A DNA stretch of 64,000 bases from a virus (lineage: Duplodnaviria > Caudoviricetes): IMG/VR virus record IMGVR_UViG_3300033067_000343, positions 17,247 to 81,246 of that record; one strand, given 5' to 3'. A program made the translations under genes and the position numbers. Under the pieces are notes generated by a model. It made no database searches, had not been told where the DNA came from, and worked only from the letters and a program-made list of their open reading frames with translations. This document shows, one piece after another, positions 20,682 through 29,712 of this stretch (positions are counted from its first letter, which is position 1; every line of letters begins with the position of its first letter).

Positions 20682-20915
20682 ATGAACGAACGAATCAAAT
20701 TACACGGCAGCAGCGTACTCGTACAAAACGATAACGTTGAAAAAGCACTTCGCAAATTTAAAAAGAAAATCATGGAAAGCGGTAAGCTACAAGAGCTACG
20801 TGAACGTGAGTTTTATGAGAAGCCAACTACTGCCCGTAAACGTGCAAAAAATCAAGCCCGCAGACGCTGGCAAAAGAAGCTTGAATCACAAGCTCTACCA
20901 AAAAAATTGTATTAA
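20682..20915 (+). CDS. rpsU: ribosomal protein bS21
   Basis: NVEKALRKFKKK..REREFYEKPTTARKRAK..ARRR. Confidence 0.93.
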   Translation: MNERIKLHGSSVLVQNDNVEKALRKFKKKIMESGKLQELREREFYEKPTTARKRAKNQARRRWQKKLESQALPKKLY

Positions 20916-21006
20916 TACTTTTTTGAAAGTATAATAAATACATGTGCAGTGCCAATAATGGGCTGCACACTAAACGTCATAAACTTGCTTATTAAAGGAG
21001 AAAAAC

Positions 21007-21453
21007 ATGACACAATTCAACATCCGTACTCTAGACCTACCTTCCCTACATCGTTCAGCCATTGGCTTTGACCGCATGTTTGAGGAATTGAATCGCACCT
21101 TTGCAAACAGCAAACAAGGTAACTATCCTCCACACAATATTGTCCAACAAGACGATACCCATTTTGTGGTTGAAGTTGCTGTAGCTGGCTTCGCAGAAAG
21201 CGAAATCAATGTAGAACTAGCAGACAATGTTCTTACCGTAACTGGTGAAAAAGTTCGCAGCGAAGATGAAGTAGCTCCGAATTACCTACACCAAGGCATC
21301 AGCAATCGCAATTTCGTTCGCAGCTTTACTCTAGCTGACAACGTTGAAGTTCGCGAAGCTGTTGTTGAAAACGGTATCCTTTCGGTTAACTTGGAACTGG
21401 TTATCCCAGAAGAAAAGAAGCCGAAAACTATTGCATTGACTTTTAAGAAGTAA
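21007..21453 (+). CDS. small heat shock protein (Hsp20/IbpA family)
   Basis: IGFDRMF, YPPHNI, VAVAGF, YLHQGIS.R.F.R.F.LAD, NGILSV..IPEEKKP. Confidence 0.93.
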   Translation: MTQFNIRTLDLPSLHRSAIGFDRMFEELNRTFANSKQGNYPPHNIVQQDDTHFVVEVAVAGFAESEINVELADNVLTVTGEKVRSEDEVAPNYLHQGISNRNFVRSFTLADNVEVREAVVENGILSVNLELVIPEEKKPKTIALTFKK

Positions 21454-21496
21454 TCAGCTATAATGCAATATACACAGAGCAATCACGCTCTGTGTA
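21436..21496 (+). promoter_or_regulatory. sigma70 promoter plus 10-bp hairpin upstream of clpS
   Basis: TTGACT-17-TATAAT; TACACAGAGC/GCTCTGTGTA inverted repeat 21471-21496. Confidence 0.6.
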
Positions 21497-21512
21497 CTTC
21501 AGTTTTAATTTT

Positions 21513-21833
21513 ATGCCAACATCTACATCAACTAAAACACGTCAACAAATTCGCATTCAACCTAAGCTAGACGTTCAGCCACCATCGCAGTTCAATGTTA
21601 TCTACGTTAACGATAACACCACTACTATGGAATTCGTTGTTGAAACTCTATGCACTATTTTCGATCACAGTGATGAAGCTGCGATGGCGTTGACTATGAA
21701 AATCCACGAAGATGGCTCTGCTGTTGTGGGCACATACCCATATGAAATTGCAGAACAAAAAGGCGTAGAAGTAACTTTGCTTGCACGTAACAACGGTTTC
21801 CCTCTAGCTGTTAAGCTAGAAGCAGATCAGTGA
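21513..21833 (+). CDS. clpS: ClpS N-degron adaptor
   Basis: VIYVNDNTTTMEFVV, M.IHEDG.AVVG.Y.YEIAEQK, FPL. Confidence 0.92.
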   Translation: MPTSTSTKTRQQIRIQPKLDVQPPSQFNVIYVNDNTTTMEFVVETLCTIFDHSDEAAMALTMKIHEDGSAVVGTYPYEIAEQKGVEVTLLARNNGFPLAVKLEADQ

Positions 21834-22090
21834 TTAAACCTAAAGAGTTTGCAACTAGAGAAGAAGCCCGTGCCTTCTTAAAAAGGTGCGGGTTACTTAA
21901 GACTACGCGAGTCTTAGAGGGCGAAGAACGTAAACAAGTTGAGACTATGCTGCGGTTACTTGGACCCGGTGAAGATTCTAACAGCCAAAGATTCTGGACC
22001 GAAGAGTGGGTAGTGGGAGACAAAACTTATCAGCACACTGTTGGTGAGGGTGTTGACGAGTTATCTGAGACTACAGAAGATGACGTCTGA
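21830..22090 (+). CDS. hypothetical protein
   Basis: GTGA overlap; 86 aa. Confidence 0.55.
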   Translation: MIKPKEFATREEARAFLKRCGLLKTTRVLEGEERKQVETMLRLLGPGEDSNSQRFWTEEWVVGDKTYQHTVGEGVDELSETTEDDV

Positions 22091-22286
22091 AGAAGAAAAC
22101 ACATTCCGAGTCTTAAAGGATGAAGACCCAATTGTAACTAGCAAATGGTGTTTCTGGGGTCTACACAAGTGGACCAAGTGGGATAATTCTCATCAAAGCA
22201 GGGATTATCGAGAGTCGTGGGTAATACAGAAAAAGACTTGTGTTCACTGCAACGACTTTAAAGAACGAAAAAAAATTTTAAAATGA
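22080..22286 (+). CDS. hypothetical protein with Cys/His motif
   Basis: CFWGLHKWTKW..CVHC; ATG 22080. Confidence 0.55.
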   Translation: MTSEEENTFRVLKDEDPIVTSKWCFWGLHKWTKWDNSHQSRDYRESWVIQKKTCVHCNDFKERKKILK

Positions 22287-22762
22287 TCTTCAATCACATT
22301 AAACAACTTAAAGCAGAAGGCAAAAGGATTGGCATTACCTTTTCAACATTCGATATGCTTCATGCAGGACATGTGGCTATGCTTAGTGAAGCCAAGAATC
22401 ACTGCGATTACCTTATATGCGGGCTCCAGACAGACCCGACTATCGACCGCCCAGACACGAAAAATAAGCCTGTCCAGAGTATTGTTGAACGTCAGATTCA
22501 ATTGGCTGCTTGTCGTTACGTGGACGAGGTGGTGGTTTATTCTACGGAGCAAGACCTTACTGACCTTTTGCTCATCTTACCAGTTGACGTTCGAATCCTT
22601 GGAGTAGAATACCAAGACAAAGACTTTACTGGACGCCACGAATGTGCAATGCGTAGAATTGAATTAGTGTTTAATGGACGCGATCACAGCTTTAGCAGCA
22701 GTGGATTAAGAAGCCGTGTTGTTATGGCAGAATCAATGAAGGCTTTATCCACAAAGGGATAA
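22283..22762 (+). CDS. cytidylyltransferase (TagD-like)
   Basis: FSTFDMLHAGH (HXGH), LICGLQTDP, RDHSFSSS. Confidence 0.88.
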   Translation: MIFNHIKQLKAEGKRIGITFSTFDMLHAGHVAMLSEAKNHCDYLICGLQTDPTIDRPDTKNKPVQSIVERQIQLAACRYVDEVVVYSTEQDLTDLLLILPVDVRILGVEYQDKDFTGRHECAMRRIELVFNGRDHSFSSSGLRSRVVMAESMKALSTKG

Positions 22763-22763
22763 T

Positions 22764-23294
22764 ATGGATGTAATGCTTGACCTCGAGACACTGGGCACTA
22801 GGCCCGAGTGTGTTATTTTAACTTTAGGTGCAGTAAAGTTTGACCCTTTTTCAATGAAGGAACCTGGCCCGGGATTGTATGTTCGTCCTAACGTAGACGA
22901 GCAAATTGCAAAAGGACGAGAAGTCCAAGAAGATACAATGCTGTGGTGGATGGATCAGTCAGAGGACGTTCGAGAAGAAGCACTCGGAGAAGAAGGTCGT
23001 ATTAGCGTTGAACAAATGTACAAGGAGCTTAACCGGTTCCTTGTTGGTGTGAATACTATTTGGTGTCAAGGACCAGTCTTTGACATTGCCATCTTGGAAA
23101 ATCTGTATAGACAATACGGTTGGCCAACTCCGTGGCAATTCTGGCAGATTAGCGATAGCCGAACAGTATTCAAAATGCACGGTGACCCACGTGTAAAAGG
23201 TAAAGTGGGCCTTCACAATGCATTAGAGGATTGTGTAAGCCAAGCAACTGCGGTTCAGCAAGTGTATAAAAAATTAGGACTAGAAAAACGATGA
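22764..23294 (+). CDS. DEDDh 3'-5' exo(ribo)nuclease
   Basis: MLDLETLG, QGPVFDI, HNALED. Confidence 0.85.
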   Translation: MDVMLDLETLGTRPECVILTLGAVKFDPFSMKEPGPGLYVRPNVDEQIAKGREVQEDTMLWWMDQSEDVREEALGEEGRISVEQMYKELNRFLVGVNTIWCQGPVFDIAILENLYRQYGWPTPWQFWQISDSRTVFKMHGDPRVKGKVGLHNALEDCVSQATAVQQVYKKLGLEKR

Positions 23295-23743
23295 CTACAA
23301 TTCTTAAAGAAACTCATGCTCGCACAGTGGCTAAGACCATTAGTTGGCGAGTTCTACTTACACTTAGCCATGTTATTAACGGGCTTATTGTATCTGGAAG
23401 CCTGTTAGTTGGGTTGCAAATTGCAGGCCTGTCGGCGATTATTAACAGCATTTTGTTCTGGGGCCACGAACGTGCCTGGAATATCTTTCTGTGGAACCGT
23501 AAACAAACAGACCAGGACTTTGTCGAAGGACATCCTCGCACATTGAGCAAGATTATCACCTGGCGCATTCTTATCACAGGCAGCAACTTCTTAATTCCTT
23601 TCATCATGACAGGTAGTTGGGGTGCCGCGGCAGCGTTCCTTGGTATTGCAACCTTTGTGAACATTGGGTTGTTCTGGGGACACGAACGTGTGTGGAACAA
23701 GATCCATTGGGGCAAAAAGGCGGATGTTGCTACAGCAGAATAA
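23291..23743 (+). CDS. DUF2061-like membrane protein, tandem duplicated domain
   Basis: two copies of RT..K.I.WR......FWGHER.WN. Confidence 0.7.
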   Translation: MTTILKETHARTVAKTISWRVLLTLSHVINGLIVSGSLLVGLQIAGLSAIINSILFWGHERAWNIFLWNRKQTDQDFVEGHPRTLSKIITWRILITGSNFLIPFIMTGSWGAAAAFLGIATFVNIGLFWGHERVWNKIHWGKKADVATAE

Positions 23744-24860
23744 GCTAGGTCACTATAAGGTCGGTGACCTTATAACCCATAGCAAGTTAGAAGCAATAGA
23801 TCTACATAGCAAGACAGGCATTCATCCTCATTGGGACTTTAATGAAGCTGCCTTTTCTTGCTATAACTGGACAGTAGAACCTGCCCAACACATCCTAGAG
23901 CTGTATCGTGCAAGGGCACAACAGCTTAGGGACAAATACGATTACATTGTGCTATTGTATAGTGGTGGCGCTGATAGCGAAACTGTTCTGCAAAGTTTTA
24001 TTGACAACGACATTAAGCTAGACGAGATTGCTTCCTACAGCAACTACGATGCTACCAGCGACAAGGACAATAACCTAAACTGCGAACTGTTTAAGGTTAG
24101 CGGACCACGAGCTGAACAGTTAAAACAAGACTACCCATGGATGCAGCACCGTGTCATTGACCTAAGTCAAATGACTGTAGACTACTTTAATAAAGTTGGG
24201 TTAGATTGGATTGAGGATCTCAACATGTTCTTTACTCCAAACAGTGCAGTACGTGAAAGCCTTGGATTAAAGATCAAAGAATGGGCAGACATTATTCACA
24301 GTGGCAAAAGCTTCTGCTTGCTATGGGGTCACGATAAGCCACGGCTATTGCACATCAATGGGCGATACACTATTAGGTTCATGGACTTATTAGACAACGG
24401 CCCAACAGTTAAAAGTTTTGCAGGACAATTGCCTTACGCAGACGAACTTTTTTACTGGACACCAGACATGCCTGAGATTGTGATCAAGCAAGGGCACATG
24501 CTTAAAAACTATCTAAACAGCAATCTAACAACCAGCCCATTTGTAAGCACACAAAAAAGTGATCTGGCATACAAAGAAGTTAACGGTGTTAAGTACTGGT
24601 TAAATAATCATGGAGTTCATAGTGTCATTTATCCTAGATGGAACATTGATACTTTTAGCCCCGGCAAACCTGCTAGTATTATCTTCAGTCCTAGAGACGA
24701 ATGGTTCTTTAACTTGAATCAAGAAGACTCAGCTAAACGTATATGGCGTGCAGGCATCGATAAAGTGTGGGATATGATTCCGGACTATTGGAAAAACGAT
24801 ACACACAATTTAGCAACAGGATTTAAAGCCTGTTGGAGCAAAGATTACTATTTGGAATAA
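23724..24860 (+). CDS. PP-loop (adenine nucleotide alpha hydrolase)-like protein
   Basis: LLYSGGADS motif; probable start ATG 23724. Confidence 0.6.
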   Translation: MLLQQNKLGHYKVGDLITHSKLEAIDLHSKTGIHPHWDFNEAAFSCYNWTVEPAQHILELYRARAQQLRDKYDYIVLLYSGGADSETVLQSFIDNDIKLDEIASYSNYDATSDKDNNLNCELFKVSGPRAEQLKQDYPWMQHRVIDLSQMTVDYFNKVGLDWIEDLNMFFTPNSAVRESLGLKIKEWADIIHSGKSFCLLWGHDKPRLLHINGRYTIRFMDLLDNGPTVKSFAGQLPYADELFYWTPDMPEIVIKQGHMLKNYLNSNLTTSPFVSTQKSDLAYKEVNGVKYWLNNHGVHSVIYPRWNIDTFSPGKPASIIFSPRDEWFFNLNQEDSAKRIWRAGIDKVWDMIPDYWKNDTHNLATGFKACWSKDYYLE

Positions 24861-24861
24861 C

Positions 24862-25176
24862 ATGCAATTAATTTTTAATCGAGAAGCCGCAGATCAATTG
24901 CGGGAAAGATATACAGTATTAGAGCTTGAAACATTCGACGTTGACGGCAAAGAACTTGAGGTATTCTGCGTTGTTCCTGCAGAGAAGATTGCCTTAACAG
25001 AAATCACAACAGTAGATCATTCTACTAAGATGCACAATGAATTTGTGGCTGCATTAAAGAGCAAAGACTACAAACTTTGCCGAGATTTGTATGTGCATGT
25101 TATGGGTCGCTTTGGCGGGGAACTAGACAGTTTCTACGAAGAAATCCTTAAGCGTATTGATTCTAGCGATACATAA
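24862..25176 (+). CDS. hypothetical protein
   Basis: 104-aa ORF. Confidence 0.6.
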   Translation: MQLIFNREAADQLRERYTVLELETFDVDGKELEVFCVVPAEKIALTEITTVDHSTKMHNEFVAALKSKDYKLCRDLYVHVMGRFGGELDSFYEEILKRIDSSDT

Positions 25177-25217
25177 TACCCAACTCCTTACTTGTAAATA
25201 GAGTAAGGAGATCACAT

Positions 25218-25355
25218 ATGAGCTGGTTTAAACGCAGACCTAGGACTCGAGACCCTATCAAAACGCCACCACGTGACGTTAGTCCATTAACAGAAAAGCT
25301 CTTAGAGGAATCTAAGCAAGCAATTCGAACCACAAAACCCAAGAAATATAAGTAG
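25218..25355 (+). CDS. small basic protein (45 aa, not in ORF track)
   Basis: SD TAAGGAG; MSWFKRRPRTRDPIKTPPRDVSPLTEKLLEESKQAIRTTKPKKYK. Confidence 0.6.
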   Translation: MSWFKRRPRTRDPIKTPPRDVSPLTEKLLEESKQAIRTTKPKKYK

Positions 25356-25438
25356 CATTTAATCTAGAACAAACTCTCTGTAAATAATAATAAGCATTTT
25401 TCAACAACAACAAGAAAAATTATTACAGGAGCTAGAAA

Positions 25439-25924
25439 ATGCAAGGGTTAAAAAAACTAATAGCAGTAACCGTTGGGGTTATTTTCGCCGCCACAGCCAT
25501 GGCGCAGAGTGACCCAATTGTGACTCAGTCTACATCAGATAGTAAGACTTACAACAAGAGCGACAGTACGACTACCGTTAAGTCGCCACCACCAAGTGCC
25601 ATTGCACCAGCAGTAACCGTTATCAATAACGATGTTTGTGCAGTAGCAGCGTCAGGTGCAGTTCAGACCCAAATCTTGGGTATTAGCATGGGTGGAACCA
25701 CTACAGACTATAACTGTGAACGCATCAAACTATCACGTTCACTATTTGACATGGGCATGAAGGTTGCGGCGGTTGCAACAATGTGCCAAGATCGTCGCGT
25801 GTGGGACGCTATGATGGATGCTGGCACACCTTGTCCAATTGATGGCAAGATTGGTGCAGAAGCAAAATCAATCTGGGATATTAGCCCGGACCGCAAGCCA
25901 GTATTTAAAACTGAGAAGAAATGA
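25439..25924 (+). CDS. secreted hypothetical protein
   Basis: signal peptide; Cys pattern C..CER..MCQ..PCP. Confidence 0.65.
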   Translation: MQGLKKLIAVTVGVIFAATAMAQSDPIVTQSTSDSKTYNKSDSTTTVKSPPPSAIAPAVTVINNDVCAVAASGAVQTQILGISMGGTTTDYNCERIKLSRSLFDMGMKVAAVATMCQDRRVWDAMMDAGTPCPIDGKIGAEAKSIWDISPDRKPVFKTEKK

Positions 25925-28350
25925 AACAACTAATTGCCCTATTTGCGGCGTTAGTGGTTTCAGTTTCTGGGGCACAAACAGTACAAACCACGCCTAACTT
26001 GATTACGTCAGGTACTAACCATACCTGGACGGGTGTAACTACGGGCACGGTTCCTTCTAACTATATGCCCGGCGGTCCCACACCGTTGTACGACCCAAGC
26101 ACAAACACTGTTTACTTCAGTTACAATGCCAATGCCTACGTAGGACAAACTATTGCGATCAACAATGCTCTAGCTAATGTAGGCGCAGGGGTTAAGATCA
26201 ACGGCTACAATTACGGGTACGAAGTTCGCAACATGAACGGTGACGACCGTCAGCCTGGCGTTGATACTTTCACAGTGGCAACAGCATTACGTGGAGTTAA
26301 CAACTCAGTGTTGTTATCATCAAGTCAGTATTACAATACCAAGTTTGATTGGACCGCAGTTTCTGGAAACAGAACAGCAGCAACACCAATTGATATAGCA
26401 GATGCAACTTATTTGCAAATTGGTATTACTGGTGGAGACAACGGCTACTGGGGCGGTTACTTTGGACCGCAGGTTCGTAACGTTAGCATGAAGTTAAACT
26501 ACACAGTGGATCCATGTGTATCTAACCCTGCGTACAGCCCGTCATGTGCAAATTACAATACCGTAACCACTAGCAACAACCTTGTACCTAATCCAACCGG
26601 ATATGCTACATTTGGTAACACAATTAACAACTCATACGCTATTAACCAAGCGTTGAATCTAAGCGGTGCAGGTGTAATGATCCATGGATTCCAATGGGGT
26701 TATCAAGCTAATGCCAATGGCCCGTGGTGTTCTTCGTGGGATATATTTGGTTGCTGGGGAGCCACAATAACTCCGTCGGTAACAACCAATGTAAACATCA
26801 CTGATAACAATAATGCAAGTTTGTATAATGTGTCACGTACCTACACAAACAGCTACAACACCACAAGCTATCAATACGTATTTCCGTCTAGTAGAAACTT
26901 AGGAACACTTGGTAACTTTAACTTTACTGCAAGCACAAACGATGCAGCTTATATTGGTGACATGTGGAGCAAGGCTTTGTATACACCTGATCCATGTACA
27001 GTTAATCCGTTGAGCTCAACTAGTTGCCCTGGCTACCAACAAGCGTACCAAGACCAACAATGCAGTGCAAACCCACTGTATGCAACCGTTTGCCCAGGAT
27101 ATGCCGCAGCATACCTAACACAACAGTGTTCTGCTAATCCGTTGTATAGCCCAAGTTGCCCTGGGTATGCATCTGCGTATTACTCACAACAATGTTCTAT
27201 CAACCCACTGTATGCAAGTGATTGTCCGGGATATGCATCTGCGTATAAAGCACAACAGTGTTCACTGGATGCGTTGTACGCCACAGATTGTCCTGGGTAT
27301 GAGCAGGCATATTTTAACCAACAGTGTACAGCCAATCCGTTGTACAACACACAATGCCCAGGCTACGGTGTTGCTTACCACGACCAGCAATGTCGCCTTA
27401 ACCCACTTTTTGCAAGTGACTGTACTGGATATCAGCAAGCGTACTTAACACAGCAATGTAACATTAACCAATTGTATAGCAGCCAATGCCCTGGGTATGC
27501 GGAAGCCTACAAGACACAACAATGTTCAATGAATGCGTTGTATGCAACTGATTGCCCGGGTTACGCCGCTGCATATAAATCACAACAGTGTACCATTAAT
27601 CCATTGTATGCAACAGACTGCCCTGGCTACGACCAAGCGTACCTAAATGCACAATGTATTAGAGACAGCTTGTATAGCAAATTGTGTGAAGGATACAAAA
27701 CAGCCTACGCCATTAAGTATCTGGCACCACTTGATTCGGCAGTAACTACAGCAGTTAACCAACAGCTAACAACCACAGTTGAAGTAGCCAAGGCAGATCC
27801 TGCTAACGTAGTATCCGCCACAGGTAGCAGCACAACTGACTCAGTATTAGCAACACCTAGCACAACCAGCGCCACAAGTGTTACAAGCGTGACTAGCGTT
27901 ATTGCACCCCCTCCGCCTGCAACAGGACCAGCTGGTGCAGCACCACCTCCACCACCTCCACCTCCTCCTGCACAACAGCAAGAACGTGCAGCAGAAGGCA
28001 AGAAGACCGACACAGCGGTGGCAAGTGTTGAAAAGAAGGCAGGTGGTAACCAAGCCGCAGCGAAAGCCGCAGCCACAGAACGTGCCAAAGAACTTGCCAA
28101 CGAAGCTGGTAAAGCAGCAACGTTAGAAGCTCAAGCAGCAACACAAGGTTTAGTAGTGGGATTAATGGGGTATGTTCCAGGTTTTACAGCATACCAAAAT
28201 TCAATTGTTCCTGATACAATGGCAAATGCAGTAGCCCGCCAGTATCATAAACCCACAATCGATAATCGCAATGCCCAGAGACGACTAAGCGGCGCGAGTG
28301 AAACACGATGGCAAGAAATAGTCGACAGCCAATATAACTTAGGAAAATAA
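25921..28350 (+). CDS. secreted Cys-rich repeat protein
   Basis: signal peptide; 11 tandem 22-aa repeats; poly-Pro linker; helical C-terminus. Confidence 0.75.
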   Translation: MKQLIALFAALVVSVSGAQTVQTTPNLITSGTNHTWTGVTTGTVPSNYMPGGPTPLYDPSTNTVYFSYNANAYVGQTIAINNALANVGAGVKINGYNYGYEVRNMNGDDRQPGVDTFTVATALRGVNNSVLLSSSQYYNTKFDWTAVSGNRTAATPIDIADATYLQIGITGGDNGYWGGYFGPQVRNVSMKLNYTVDPCVSNPAYSPSCANYNTVTTSNNLVPNPTGYATFGNTINNSYAINQALNLSGAGVMIHGFQWGYQANANGPWCSSWDIFGCWGATITPSVTTNVNITDNNNASLYNVSRTYTNSYNTTSYQYVFPSSRNLGTLGNFNFTASTNDAAYIGDMWSKALYTPDPCTVNPLSSTSCPGYQQAYQDQQCSANPLYATVCPGYAAAYLTQQCSANPLYSPSCPGYASAYYSQQCSINPLYASDCPGYASAYKAQQCSLDALYATDCPGYEQAYFNQQCTANPLYNTQCPGYGVAYHDQQCRLNPLFASDCTGYQQAYLTQQCNINQLYSSQCPGYAEAYKTQQCSMNALYATDCPGYAAAYKSQQCTINPLYATDCPGYDQAYLNAQCIRDSLYSKLCEGYKTAYAIKYLAPLDSAVTTAVNQQLTTTVEVAKADPANVVSATGSSTTDSVLATPSTTSATSVTSVTSVIAPPPPATGPAGAAPPPPPPPPPAQQQERAAEGKKTDTAVASVEKKAGGNQAAAKAAATERAKELANEAGKAATLEAQAATQGLVVGLMGYVPGFTAYQNSIVPDTMANAVARQYHKPTIDNRNAQRRLSGASETRWQEIVDSQYNLGK
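26989..27708 (+). repeat. 11 tandem 66-bp coding repeats (QQCxxNPLYxxxCPGYxxAYxx)
   Basis: read directly from translation. Confidence 0.9.
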
Positions 28351-28351
28351 A

Positions 28352-28885
28352 ATGGCAGAAGAAATTAAAGACGTCAACGCAAAGATTGACGAAGCAGAAG
28401 CAGCAGTAAAAAAGTATGCTAGCAAAGACACTGTAATTAGCATTGGCGGATATGAATTTACTCCGGCTAAGCTAATGGTTGCATTCACATTAGCATCATC
28501 GTTGTTAGGTGGTCTATATGGGTGTTTCGAAGTGTACAAAGACTACATGAGCATGAAGAAGCGTATTGCTGAATACGTTGCTCCAGACTTATCAGTGTTC
28601 GACAAGCGTTTAGCTGTAATTGAAGAGAACAGCCAAAAGGCAACAGATTACACTCGCGACATTAAGAACGACTTGAAGCAGGACGTTCGTCGTCTTGAAG
28701 GTGTTGTTGAAGGTGTTGAGCGTAGTGTTAAGCAAAGTGCCCGCGAAAGCGATTTAGCAGTTCGTGAAGTTCAAGGTGAACTACGCAAGAACACTAAAGA
28801 GATGGACCAAACAGTTAAGCAACTACAACGCGAAGTTGATCACAAGATCAAGCAAGCACTTGACAATCCTTTAGCAGGTAAGTAA
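28352..28885 (+). CDS. membrane-anchored coiled-coil protein
   Basis: single TM then heptad pattern. Confidence 0.6.
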   Translation: MAEEIKDVNAKIDEAEAAVKKYASKDTVISIGGYEFTPAKLMVAFTLASSLLGGLYGCFEVYKDYMSMKKRIAEYVAPDLSVFDKRLAVIEENSQKATDYTRDIKNDLKQDVRRLEGVVEGVERSVKQSARESDLAVREVQGELRKNTKEMDQTVKQLQREVDHKIKQALDNPLAGK

Positions 28886-28956
28886 AATATACATGCACCC
28901 CCTCGTGGGGTGCATAGTAATCACATTATGAATTACTACACAAATTATTTAGATCA

Positions 28957-29712
28957 ATGTATCGCTTTATTCTTATTTTGGCATTACTTGCCAACAGCAA
29001 TAGTTGGGCAAAACCTGCCGCAACTATTGACGACACTAACGACCTTACAGCAAAAACGTGGCTAGTCGCTGACGCCGACAATCGAATCCTTGCTAGCAAA
29101 GATATCGAAACTATTCGTCCAATGGCCAGCATTACTAAGGTAATGACAGTGTTAACAGTAATGGATGCTAAACAGGATTTGGGTCAGTACATTAGATACA
29201 ACAAGACCCTAATGTTAACTAGGGCAGAGTTAATTGAGTTAGCAATGGTTAAGAGCGATAACCATGCAGCAGACTTACTGTGTAGAAATTACATAGGCGG
29301 GTATGGTAATTGTATCGGGGACATGAATGCCAACGCTGTTAAGTACGGGATGAAGCACACAAACTATGTTGATGCAACCGGACTGTTACCAGACAATACA
29401 AGTACTGCCGAAGACCTGTTGCTGTTGTTAGTTGTAGCAGAAAAGAATTACTTAATCAATCACGCTGCCACAAAGACCAAAGTGGAAATACAGCACAAGA
29501 AGAAGTGGTTAATATTTAAACAAACCAATCCCTTAATCGGTCACAAGCACAAGTTTATTGTTAGCAAAACTGGCACAACTAATGCAGCAGGTGGTTGCAT
29601 TATCCTAACAGTTGAAACAGAACGCGGCCTTCGCCGCGTTATTGTGTTAGGTAGTAAAAACGGTAGAACCCGTATTCCTGAAGCAGAGTTTATCTACAAA
29701 CAAGTAGATTAA
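28957..29712 (+). CDS. serine DD-carboxypeptidase/endopeptidase (peptidase S11, PBP5/PBP7-like)
   Basis: SXXK (ASITK), SXN (SDN), KTG motifs; signal peptide. Confidence 0.88.
   Translation: MYRFILILALLANSNSWAKPAATIDDTNDLTAKTWLVADADNRILASKDIETIRPMASITKVMTVLTVMDAKQDLGQYIRYNKTLMLTRAELIELAMVKSDNHAADLLCRNYIGGYGNCIGDMNANAVKYGMKHTNYVDATGLLPDNTSTAEDLLLLLVVAEKNYLINHAATKTKVEIQHKKKWLIFKQTNPLIGHKHKFIVSKTGTTNAAGGCIILTVETERGLRRVIVLGSKNGRTRIPEAEFIYKQVD

Noticed and set aside
26989-27708. CRISPR-like DNA repeat array
   Set aside because: 66-bp period is in frame and conserved at the protein level with synonymous variation; it is a coding repeat
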